Of a DNA stretch of 64,000 nt, positions 54,063-62,303 are shown piece by piece. The DNA is taken from positions 8,120-72,119 of the forward strand of contig JBAZCA010000001.1 in the NCBI GenBank assembly GCA_041671125.1, written 5' to 3'. The translations under genes were made by a program, and so were the position numbers. Source of the stretch: Patescibacteria group bacterium (GTDB lineage Bacteria; Patescibacteriota; Patescibacteriia; Patescibacteriales; JBAZCA01). Within the stretch, counting starts at the first letter, position 1, and each line of letters starts with the position of its first letter. Under the pieces are notes generated by a model. The model saw nothing but the letters and a program-made list of their open reading frames with translations. It was not told where the DNA came from and did no database searches.

Positions 54063-54914
54063 CTACTCGGAGATTTGGACTGTAAAGTCCTTGTCTCCTT
54101 TCAGCCGTCGCCACTTGCAGGCGGGGTCGTATTTGATAAAAACCCGCCTGGTATATTTCCCGGCCGACAAGTGGCCGACCTCCACGGGAGGCAAGCTCCC
54201 GTCAAATGGCTGGTAATTCACCTCTTTCCAGTCCAAAAACTTCCGGACTGGGTTTCCGGATTCAGGTGTGAAAACCACTTGAACACAGAATTTTTGGGCC
54301 CCGGCGACCCAGAGCCGGGGAATGGCGAACAGGAAGTGCCCGGTCGTGAGATCGGTCGCCTTTCCCACTGCCCACTCCCCGGGCTTTTGGGTGGTAGTCA
54401 AGCCGGCGCCGGTGGCCGTCCAGATCAACCGAGAGGCGGGTCCGTCGGTGATAGCAACGGTCCGCTCCCAGCAAGCGGACTCAACCCCGTCGTCATAGAC
54501 GACGACAGAAAGGGTGTAATCGCCGGGAGCCAGTGCAGGAAAATCGTTAAGTGTGAATGTCAAAAAAAATCCCGACCAGTTGGCGCCAGCCGGACTAACT
54601 GACTGACATCTCTCCTGATCCCCTCCCAAACTCGCGCAAACCTTTACGGTCTGCGCATTGCTAGTGGATCCAAAGGTCGCCTTTACGGCAACCTTCTCCG
54701 AGGACTTAAATTTGTAGGGGGCCGACTTCACCCCTTTCAGTACGACACTCTCCCACCCGGAGGTGATTGAGTTCGCTAAACCGGTTCCGAGCTCCACCGA
54801 AGAAATTACGGTGGCGGAAACCGGGTTAGGGGTGCAGAAAAAAATTCCGCTCAAGCCGAAGAAACAGACAACGGCAAGCAGGGTCAAAAGGCCAAAACTT
54901 TTCTTCGCGAACAT
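54063..54914 (-). CDS. Secreted hypothetical protein encoded in a GC-rich island
   Basis: It has a signal peptide MFAKKSFGLLTLLAVVCFFGLSGIFFCTPNPVSA|T. The start at ATG 54914 is preceded by GGAGGA (spacer agaa). Codons are G/C-ending, unlike neighbouring genes. The beta-rich sequence has no motif I recognise. Confidence 0.7.
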   Translation of the reverse strand: MFAKKSFGLLTLLAVVCFFGLSGIFFCTPNPVSATVISSVELGTGLANSITSGWESVVLKGVKSAPYKFKSSEKVAVKATFGSTSNAQTVKVCASLGGDQERCQSVSPAGANWSGFFLTFTLNDFPALAPGDYTLSVVVYDDGVESACWERTVAITDGPASRLIWTATGAGLTTTQKPGEWAVGKATDLTTGHFLFAIPRLWVAGAQKFCVQVVFTPESGNPVRKFLDWKEVNYQPFDGSLPPVEVGHLSAGKYTRRVFIKYDPACKWRRLKGDKDFTVQISE

Positions 54915-55014
54915 TTCTTCCTCCATATTCTTATTGTTCGCATTTTTTTCAGGCCTGCCTGGCAACAGCGCCGGGCTCCCTCGGTCTCACCATGAGACAG
55001 ACGGACATGAGGGT

Positions 55015-55165
55015 AAAAGGACCTGCGGAAGGGATATATTTTGTCATTCTGAACGGAGCAAAGCGTAGTGAAGAATCTCGTGATTATTGCTACTACGACG
55101 AGATCCTTCGCTTCGTTTCACTGCGCTCAGGATGACGGAAAATGTTTCCCTTCCGCAGGCCTTTT
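55015..55165. repeat. About 150-nt inverted pair of a ~70-nt element (core gtcatYctgaRcg.ag..aa.cg.ag.gaagRatctcgt)
   Basis: The left arm is aaaaggacctgcggaagggatatattttgtcattctgaacggagcaaagcgtagtgaagaatctcgt. The reverse complement of the right arm is aaaaggcctgcggaagggaaacattttccgtcatcctgagcgcagtgaaacgaagcgaaggatctcgt. By eye the two are about 80% identical. Confidence 0.85.
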
Positions 55166-55213
55166 AATGTTTTAATTTTAAAGAACGAATTAATTGCGTA
55201 ATCATATCCACTC

Positions 55214-56503
55214 TTATTCAATCGTAAATCCGATGCTGTATTTTAATCCGCTGTACTGGCTTTCAACTTTAACATCGGACGGTAATGGGAATTGCGCGCC
55301 GGATATTTTCTCCGGAATGGTAAATATCTGGCTAAAACGACCATTCGCATCGGCGCGGACAATGTACTTAGTATCGCCGATCATAACATCCACCGGCTCG
55401 GATTGCATAAAGCCTCTTCCGGTTAAAAGGAAATTAGCTCCGCGGGGAGCGCGGTTTTTATCAACCGAAAGCGCGAGCGGCTCAAAGGGTCCGATATTAT
55501 CCTCGGTTGATTTAATATAGCCGATCCTATTTAATTTTGCGTCCAGGGCGACGATGGCCGAATCAGTAAAAGTTATGATTACGTCTCCAGACGGCCTGGA
55601 AACGACTTTGAGTCCCATCATCCAGGCCGATTCACCGCCGAAAAGGTCTTTCGCGTATTTCCAGGCCAAGGGTTTTAGGGTTGCTTTGTCAAATTTCACT
55701 AATCCCAGTCCATCGGAAAAATACAGATAGCTTTTATTGTCCGAACCGGCGACGTCATAGCCGAGATTGGAGATGTGGCGGACGAATTTCTTTCCCGTGC
55801 CATCAAAATTCATACTTAAAAGATTTTCATCATCAGCAATAATCAGCCTGCCGGAAACGGCATCATTATAAATTTTGCGGTTATGTTTTTCATTAACCGT
55901 GATCGCGACTTCGCTAACGTACTTTCTTGCCCGGGCGTCGTAAATTTTCAATTTGCCTTCCTCCAGGTTAAAAATAAAGTTTCCGTTCCCGCTAAAAGTC
56001 ATATTATACGCTGACTCATTGGTAAGGCCGTTAAAAGCGTTAATCGCCTCTAAATCATTATTCCAGACTTTTACGCCATGTTTGCCAATCGTATAAATAT
56101 TATCTCCCGCGACCCTAACATCCATAAACCAGTCCCACTGGCTGTCTTTAACTTTTTTCGCGAGCACCGGCAGGTAAGGGTCTGAAAGATCGTATTTATA
56201 GATATAGCGGCCGTCCACGAGATAGGCGAATATTTTTCCGTTCTCGTTCGCGAACGCCGCGCCGAGAAAATTCTTATTTCCGACGTAAAATTCTTCGGCC
56301 GGACGGATAACCGCCAGCCGACTAATCCCGTTTTTATCCAGTCCGAAAAGCTCGTAAAATCCCATGTTGACCGTGCCGACCAGGGTAATATCGCCCGCGG
56401 CAATCGCGTCACCCGAGTAGTAGGGCTTAGTTTTAGCCTCTGTTTTCGCGGCGCCGAACAATAATACCATAAGAATTGAAATCGCGAGAATTTTTGTTTT
56501 CAT
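55214..56503 (-). CDS. Secreted repeat protein (beta-propeller-like) with a C-terminal Ig-like domain
   Basis: It has a signal peptide MKTKILAISILMVLLFGAAKTEA. Recurring strand-rich segments end in hydrophobic-Y/F-x-x-D (IYKYDLSD, LKIYDARA, VKFDKAT). The C-terminal LLTGRGFMQSEPVDVMIGDTKYIVRADANGRFS is IPT/Ig-like. Its start abuts the upstream GT4 stop. Confidence 0.55.
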   Translation of the reverse strand: MKTKILAISILMVLLFGAAKTEAKTKPYYSGDAIAAGDITLVGTVNMGFYELFGLDKNGISRLAVIRPAEEFYVGNKNFLGAAFANENGKIFAYLVDGRYIYKYDLSDPYLPVLAKKVKDSQWDWFMDVRVAGDNIYTIGKHGVKVWNNDLEAINAFNGLTNESAYNMTFSGNGNFIFNLEEGKLKIYDARARKYVSEVAITVNEKHNRKIYNDAVSGRLIIADDENLLSMNFDGTGKKFVRHISNLGYDVAGSDNKSYLYFSDGLGLVKFDKATLKPLAWKYAKDLFGGESAWMMGLKVVSRPSGDVIITFTDSAIVALDAKLNRIGYIKSTEDNIGPFEPLALSVDKNRAPRGANFLLTGRGFMQSEPVDVMIGDTKYIVRADANGRFSQIFTIPEKISGAQFPLPSDVKVESQYSGLKYSIGFTIE

Positions 56504-56504
56504 A

Positions 56505-57695
56505 CTAGTTGAAATTTATGTATTTAAAAAACCTTAATAACATGCCTGGCCTTCTTTTATTTTCTATCGTTCTTTCGTATGTATTTTCAATTTTTTTCCA
56601 AAGATCATCCCAGTTATAAGCGGTAAAAACCCTTGATTCGGCTTTTATGCCCGCCGCGGCCATTTCATCAGGATGATCCGATAAATACTTAAGCCTCGCG
56701 GCCAGATCAAAAACGTTTCCGCCCTTGAAAGTAAAACCCGTATCGCCGATGGCTTCAAGATTTTCTTTGATATCGCTTACTAGCACCGGCCGTCCGTAAG
56801 ACATGGCTTCCAAAAGCGCCAGGGATAATCCTTCGCTCTCCGAAGGCTGGACAAAAAGAAAAGCGTTGGAAAAAATTTCAGCGAGTATTTTTCCCGACAA
56901 AGCGCCGGTAAAAATTATTTTTTTGTTCGGATTTTTTTCTTCGCGTCCGTAATCTTCGGCCGTCTTTTTTAATTCCCTTACGTAATTATCGGTAAAAAAT
57001 CCGTCTCCGGCGATAACCAGCTTTTTATCGGTGTTAAGGTTTTTATAGGCTTCCGTAAGATACTGGATGCCTTTATGTTTAACCAGCCTTGATACGCTTA
57101 AAAAATAACCGTCTTTTTCCAAACCCCATTTTTCTCGGATCAGCTTAGCCGACGCTATTTCCGGAATGACTACCCCGTTCGGAACGCAGACTACTTCTCT
57201 TCCATATTTTTCTTTGGAATATTGTTTTAAGGTCTTTGAAATGGCGATAACCTCGTCGGCCAGCTTGTGCATTACAAATTCGCCGAATTTTAGATACCAT
57301 TTGGCAAAACTACCCCATTTTTTATGAAAATAGCACCGGGTATGAAAAGTCGCTATGACCGGGGTCCGGGGTTTAAGAAGTTTAACGAGCCAGATTAACG
57401 AAGACGGTCCGATTGAGTGGAAATGGATTATATCAACCTTTCTCCTGAATATCACGTCCAAAGAAGCTAGAAAAGTATGGCTTATCGCGTCCAAATTTTT
57501 TGTCGGAATACTCGGCAGGCTTACGAGCCGCGCGCCTTTATACTCTTTTAGAGCCTTATCCGTGTAATTGGGCCGGGTATAAACAATGACCTCATGCCCG
57601 ACCTTAACTAAGCGGACAGAAAGATCCTCAACGTGCTTTTCAACGCCTCCGGAAACAGCCGGTATTCCTTTTTGTCCAATTATTGCTATTTTCAT
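56505..57695 (-). CDS. Glycosyltransferase family 4
   Basis: MKIAIIGQKGIPAVSGGVEKHVEDLS and the C-terminal FVQPSESEGLSLALLEAMSYGRPVLVSD. Confidence 0.85.
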   Translation of the reverse strand: MKIAIIGQKGIPAVSGGVEKHVEDLSVRLVKVGHEVIVYTRPNYTDKALKEYKGARLVSLPSIPTKNLDAISHTFLASLDVIFRRKVDIIHFHSIGPSSLIWLVKLLKPRTPVIATFHTRCYFHKKWGSFAKWYLKFGEFVMHKLADEVIAISKTLKQYSKEKYGREVVCVPNGVVIPEIASAKLIREKWGLEKDGYFLSVSRLVKHKGIQYLTEAYKNLNTDKKLVIAGDGFFTDNYVRELKKTAEDYGREEKNPNKKIIFTGALSGKILAEIFSNAFLFVQPSESEGLSLALLEAMSYGRPVLVSDIKENLEAIGDTGFTFKGGNVFDLAARLKYLSDHPDEMAAAGIKAESRVFTAYNWDDLWKKIENTYERTIENKRRPGMLLRFFKYINFN

Positions 57696-57820
57696 AAACT
57701 GTATAATTTATCCGACCTTAGCATAAAAAACCTTAAAAGTCAATGGCTTTTGGTATAATCTAGATATAAATTTTTTTCTAATATTAGCCTCGCTTAAGTC
57801 TAATCTTTAATCCAGCAACA

Positions 57821-59056
57821 TTAACTATTCATTAAGCCGGAATAAACAGCTGAAATTTCACTCATATAGTTCTCCGCGTTCATGCCTTTCACGGTCTTCG
57901 CGGCGTTAGTCTCTATTTTTAAATTTTCGCCAGCGTCCAATTCAGTAAGCTTGGCGGCCAGATCATCCGCGCTACCGGTTTTAAACAAAAGGCCGTTCTG
58001 GCCGTGTTTTATAATTTCGGCTATTCCGCCGATATTGGAAGCAATAACTATTTTTCCGGCCGCTAAGGACTCAAGCAGGGCAAACGGCATGTTCTCCGGC
58101 CAAAGAGACGGAATGATTACGGCCTTAGCGCCAATGATTAATCGCTTTAATTCATCGCCATATTTCGGACCAAGCAGTTCCGCGCTGTCATTTAATTCTA
58201 AATTCTTAATTCTTAATTCTAAATTCTCTTTATCCGGCCCGCTTCCGGCGATTTTTAACTTTAAATTCAGGCCTCTTGTTTTAGCAATTACTAAAGCTTC
58301 CATAAGCGTGTCAATTCCCTTTTCTTTTGAGAGCCGTCCAAAATACAAGAGGTAATCTTTTTTTTCATTTCCCGCGGGCGCTTTCCAGCTTTCCTGATTA
58401 ACAAAATTGTTTATGACTTTTACTTTTTCTTCTTTAATCCCCGATGAAACAATTATATTTTTTATAAACCGGCTCGGAGCTATGAAAAGATCAATTTTAG
58501 AATAGGATTTTAATACGTGGCGTTGAAAATACGCCTCAAACGCCGCCAAAAAACTTTTTACGTAAGAATTTTTTACGCATTTGCCAAAAAAACAATTATA
58601 ATATTTTCCGCCGACGCATTTATCGCAATACTTATTTTTATTAAACAGCTTGTAGTTCGGGCAGGTGAGCTTATAGTCATGCAAAGTCATCACCGTAGGG
58701 ATCCCCCGCTTTTTTAATTCATGGATTATTGACGGGCTTAAGTGATGATAAATATTATGGAGATGGGCGATGTCGGGATTAAATTCTTTTAACAGCTCTT
58801 TTAATTTTTTCCGCGCCTGACAATTATAGAAAATATTTAAAGCCGCGCTGATTTTGCCGGCCGGAGCCAGCCGACCGTCAGTCTCAGAGTCTTTCGCGAA
58901 AAACCGGGACCAGCCGGAAAATATGTTTCTCGCACTAAACATGGAAAAATACGCGACTTCATGGCCATTTTTTTCAAGAATTTTTCCGGTATCAAGGTAA
59001 GACCTTTCCGCGCCGCCCCTTAAATAATGATAATTGTTTATTAAAAGAATTTTCAT
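57821..59056 (-). CDS. Glycosyltransferase family 4
   Basis: MKILLINNYHYLRGGAERSY and the C-terminal PSLWPENMPFALLESLAAGKIVIASNIGGIAEII. An in-frame AATTCTN array at 58194-58230 encodes LELRIKNLELN. Confidence 0.85.
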   Translation of the reverse strand: MKILLINNYHYLRGGAERSYLDTGKILEKNGHEVAYFSMFSARNIFSGWSRFFAKDSETDGRLAPAGKISAALNIFYNCQARKKLKELLKEFNPDIAHLHNIYHHLSPSIIHELKKRGIPTVMTLHDYKLTCPNYKLFNKNKYCDKCVGGKYYNCFFGKCVKNSYVKSFLAAFEAYFQRHVLKSYSKIDLFIAPSRFIKNIIVSSGIKEEKVKVINNFVNQESWKAPAGNEKKDYLLYFGRLSKEKGIDTLMEALVIAKTRGLNLKLKIAGSGPDKENLELRIKNLELNDSAELLGPKYGDELKRLIIGAKAVIIPSLWPENMPFALLESLAAGKIVIASNIGGIAEIIKHGQNGLLFKTGSADDLAAKLTELDAGENLKIETNAAKTVKGMNAENYMSEISAVYSGLMNS

Positions 59057-59057
59057 T

Positions 59058-60164
59058 TTATTTTGCCATCAGCTTAAAGACCCTTTTTGCCCCATTAATA
59101 AAGAGCTCGCCAGCGCCCGGCCGGAACATACAACCTAATAGGCAGCTTTCTTCGCAGGCAAGGCTCGCTTGGACGATATTTTTTCTTTTTTCGCTTTTTA
59201 AATAATTAGCCAGGCTGATGTTTTTTAAATCCGCTATTTCGCCGAATTTGCAAAATATTACCTTGCCGAAAGGATTGATCGCGATCTGATCCATTCCGGC
59301 ATAACAGGTTTTATGAAATTTATTGTCAGTAAAATAATCATAAAAAGAATTCAGATGCTCTAGATCATTTAATATAACCCCGGGATTTTTTTTCTTCAGT
59401 TCCATTAAACCATCCATGGCCACCCTGAGTTTCCCGTAATTTTCTTTTTTTACCCATAACGCGTGGCTGGTTTCTTTTTTTTCAATATCCCGGTTGCCAA
59501 AATCATAGGGATCATATGGCTGGAAAAAAATCAAAGCGCTGTTTTTTATCGCCAACCCGGCCACCAGTAAAGCCTCATCAAGGTTTTCTCCAGAAAGAAC
59601 AAAGTTTATTTTCAAAGCGATATTAGAATAGTTATTTTCGCGAAAAAGCTTTAGCGCCCGCTCTACCGAAACATAAGCGCCCGAAAAACCCCTAAGCGCG
59701 TCGTGCTTCTCCCCCATACCGTCAACGGACAGGGAAATGTGCCCGCCTCCGGCCCGGTTATACTCAGCTAAAATTTCTTCGTCCAAAAGGCTGCCGTTAG
59801 TGGCGAAGTGGGTATAAATCCCATTTTTATTGGCATAACCGAGAAGCTCCAGCGTCTTTTCCTTATAAATCAAAGGCTCCCCGCCCGAAATTCCCAGTTC
59901 GCCGATTCCCAACTTTTTCATCTCGTCAATAATCCCTTTCACCCGACCGATGGGAATATATTCATCAGCATTCTCGCTTATCCCCTGTTTCCACTGCGGG
60001 CACATTTTGCATTGGTAATTGCATTTGTTGCTTAAAAGAAAATAAACCTTTTCCGGAGGCGGCAAGAACCATCCGGTTTTCATGTAAAACCAGGTTTTAA
60101 AGTTATGTTTCAGTTTCCTCAATCCGAGTAAACCATATTTTTTTAATTTTTTCGCGTTAAACAT
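59058..60164 (-). CDS. Radical SAM / SPASM-domain protein (1 of 3)
   Basis: It has the CxxxCxxC motif in LLSNKCNYQCKMCPQW, a glycine-rich SAM motif ISGGEPL, and a C-terminal Cys cluster CYAGMDQIAINPFGKVIFC..ACEESCLLGC. Its stop abuts the GT4 start (59056/59058). Confidence 0.85.
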   Translation of the reverse strand: MFNAKKLKKYGLLGLRKLKHNFKTWFYMKTGWFLPPPEKVYFLLSNKCNYQCKMCPQWKQGISENADEYIPIGRVKGIIDEMKKLGIGELGISGGEPLIYKEKTLELLGYANKNGIYTHFATNGSLLDEEILAEYNRAGGGHISLSVDGMGEKHDALRGFSGAYVSVERALKLFRENNYSNIALKINFVLSGENLDEALLVAGLAIKNSALIFFQPYDPYDFGNRDIEKKETSHALWVKKENYGKLRVAMDGLMELKKKNPGVILNDLEHLNSFYDYFTDNKFHKTCYAGMDQIAINPFGKVIFCKFGEIADLKNISLANYLKSEKRKNIVQASLACEESCLLGCMFRPGAGELFINGAKRVFKLMAK

Positions 60165-60196
60165 TTCTTACCAGATATGGTTATTAACCAGACCCT

Positions 60197-60224
60197 GTTA
60201 TGTGTTATGTATTATGTGTTATGT
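60197..60224. repeat. (GTTATGT) x4 array overlapping the 3' end of radical SAM gene 2
   Basis: gttatgt gttatgt attatgt gttatgt encodes the C-terminal ..HITHNT* on the minus strand. Confidence 0.85.
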
Positions 60225-61203
60225 GTTTTATTTTTTCTTTCGCAATCCACATCCCCGCCCGGAACCAATGTTTCTTAATCGCCGGTTTGGCAGTACAGAC
60301 CATCCAGCAGGGCGTCGGGCATTTTTTAACTTTCATCCGAATTTTCTTTGCTTTTTCTCCTTCCCATATTTCCTGAAAACTTTGTCCGCTTAAATTGCCG
60401 GCCTTATCGCTTAAAATATTGCAGGGATAAATATTTCCTTCCGGATCCATGAAAAACGAGCCGCAAAGCGCGTCGCAAGGGAGAAGCGCCCGGCCGATAT
60501 TGACATAATAGACCATGCCGCGCATGTAATAGCATTTTCCCAATTCGGCCGGTTTGAATGATTTTATTTTCCGGCTTATTTCTCCTTTGAGCTGCTTCTC
60601 GATTTCGGCTTTTTCCGTTCCCTGATTGCTGTCGGTGGAAAAATAATTATCGCTGTTATGAGCGACGGTAATGCCTAGGTTCACGCCTTCCGCGCGACAG
60701 AATTCCGCTACTTTCTCGTATTGGCTTTCATTACCGGCCATGAATGTGAACCCGGCGCCGATATTTTTAAAACCGATCTTTTTTAAGCGCGACACGGTGT
60801 CTTTAACCATGCCGAAAGCGCCAGGTATTCCTCTTATTTCATCATGAATTTTCCCGATCCCGTCAATGGATACGGCAATGGTTACACGATCAGAATAATT
60901 TTTCTTCAAAATCTCTTTGGTGATTCTTTCAATCAAATCCGAAAGATAACCGTTAGTGGAAATAACCACGCGGCTCGGTTTTACTTCCCTAAAAATCACG
61001 TCTAAAATTTTCAGGATATCATTCCTTAAAAATGGCTCACCGCCGGTAATATTAATATCATCAAGGCTTTTTGGCAGTCGTCCGTAAACTTCCGGACTAA
61101 GCTCTTTACCGGGCGTCATCTTCCAGATATTACACATCCTGCAGCGGGAATTGCATTTATAGGTTATGGCAATTACCGCTGATTTAGGATCATTTAAAAA
61201 CAT
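60205..61203 (-). CDS. Radical SAM / SPASM-domain protein (2 of 3)
   Basis: ITYKCNSRCRMCNIW, ITGGEPFL, and the C-terminal CDALCGSFFMDPEGNIYPC..KKCPTPCWMVC. Confidence 0.85.
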   Translation of the reverse strand: MFLNDPKSAVIAITYKCNSRCRMCNIWKMTPGKELSPEVYGRLPKSLDDINITGGEPFLRNDILKILDVIFREVKPSRVVISTNGYLSDLIERITKEILKKNYSDRVTIAVSIDGIGKIHDEIRGIPGAFGMVKDTVSRLKKIGFKNIGAGFTFMAGNESQYEKVAEFCRAEGVNLGITVAHNSDNYFSTDSNQGTEKAEIEKQLKGEISRKIKSFKPAELGKCYYMRGMVYYVNIGRALLPCDALCGSFFMDPEGNIYPCNILSDKAGNLSGQSFQEIWEGEKAKKIRMKVKKCPTPCWMVCTAKPAIKKHWFRAGMWIAKEKIKHITHNT

Positions 61204-61229
61204 ATTATTTACTATTCACTTATTTTAAT

Positions 61230-62225
61230 TCACTTTTTTGGTTTAAAAAAAATGCACTTATGGCAACTCAAGTATGGATCGCTTTTCTTCCCGTCTTTAA
61301 AGTATTTTCGTGCCGCCCGAAATTTTTCATTATTCCAAATTTCTTCCATATTCCCATCATTCACGCTGCCGAAATTATTTAATTCGTCATTGTAATAAAA
61401 ACAACACGGCTGGACCGTTCCGTCAAATTTAATTTGCGGATGGCCGTAAAGCCAGAAGCAGGTTTTTTGCTTTGGCTGAGGATTTCCGTATTCCTCGCGC
61501 AAATCTTTTTTAACGGAAAAATAATCTATTCCAAGCTTTTCGGCGATGGCCATTATTTTTTCAATTTTTTTTCGGTCATTTTTTTCCGGGGCAATGGTCT
61601 GGATTTCTATTAAAGGATATTTTGAATTTTGCCTTTTCTTTTCCGCGATCAAAATTTTTAAATTTTCCATTACTTTCCCAAAATCGCCGCCCTGCCTATA
61701 CTCGGCGTAGGATTCGTCATCACAGCCGTCCATAGCGACGATCAGGTGCGACAGCCGGTTTTTTACGAGGCCGCGCGCTAATTCCGGCGATAAGATATTT
61801 AAGTTTGAACTGATAACGCTCCCGATATTATTGTCGCTTAGTATTTTTACTATTTCGGCAATCCGCGGATAAATAAGCGGCTCGCCCATAGAATAAAGCG
61901 ATACTTTTACGAGGTATTGTTTTAGCTCATTAACAACCTTTTTAAACAAGCCTATGTCTATGCTCCCGGTTTTTCCGCTCCCGGAAAGCGCGTTGTTTTC
62001 CGCCGCGTGAAGACAGCCTCTGCATTTTAAATTACAGAGGTTGGTCGGTTCAATCTTGATAAAATAAGGCTTTGACCTTAAAACTTCCGCGCCCGCGGCT
62101 TTTTCCAGCCGGGACAAAAGCACATTTACGGTCTTTTTTAGATTCAAATGCGGCAGAGCGGTTTTAAAATGCCTTTTTATTATTGGCCAGGATGAAGAAT
62201 ATCTGTTGTGACTGATTATTGTCAT
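61230..62225 (-). CDS. Radical SAM / SPASM-domain protein (3 of 3)
   Basis: IEPTNLCNLKCRGCLH, SMGEPLI, and the C-terminal CFWLYGHPQIKFDGTVQPCC..LSCHKCIFF. Confidence 0.85.
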   Translation of the reverse strand: MTIISHNRYSSSWPIIKRHFKTALPHLNLKKTVNVLLSRLEKAAGAEVLRSKPYFIKIEPTNLCNLKCRGCLHAAENNALSGSGKTGSIDIGLFKKVVNELKQYLVKVSLYSMGEPLIYPRIAEIVKILSDNNIGSVISSNLNILSPELARGLVKNRLSHLIVAMDGCDDESYAEYRQGGDFGKVMENLKILIAEKKRQNSKYPLIEIQTIAPEKNDRKKIEKIMAIAEKLGIDYFSVKKDLREEYGNPQPKQKTCFWLYGHPQIKFDGTVQPCCFYYNDELNNFGSVNDGNMEEIWNNEKFRAARKYFKDGKKSDPYLSCHKCIFFKPKK

Positions 62226-62303
62226 ACCCTTGAATTAATATCAATTTTATGCTAATTTAAACTATATTTTACTTGTCTTAAAAACCCATGAATATAATAA
62301 TTT

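Noticed and set aside
53991-54602. 203-aa plus-strand ORF (also 54022-54216, 54262-54474 and 53860-54114) in the GC-rich island.
   Set aside because: These lie antisense to or overlapping the 283-aa signal-peptide protein. They are Arg/Gly/Pro-rich, as expected for shadow ORFs in GC-rich DNA, and have no start context.
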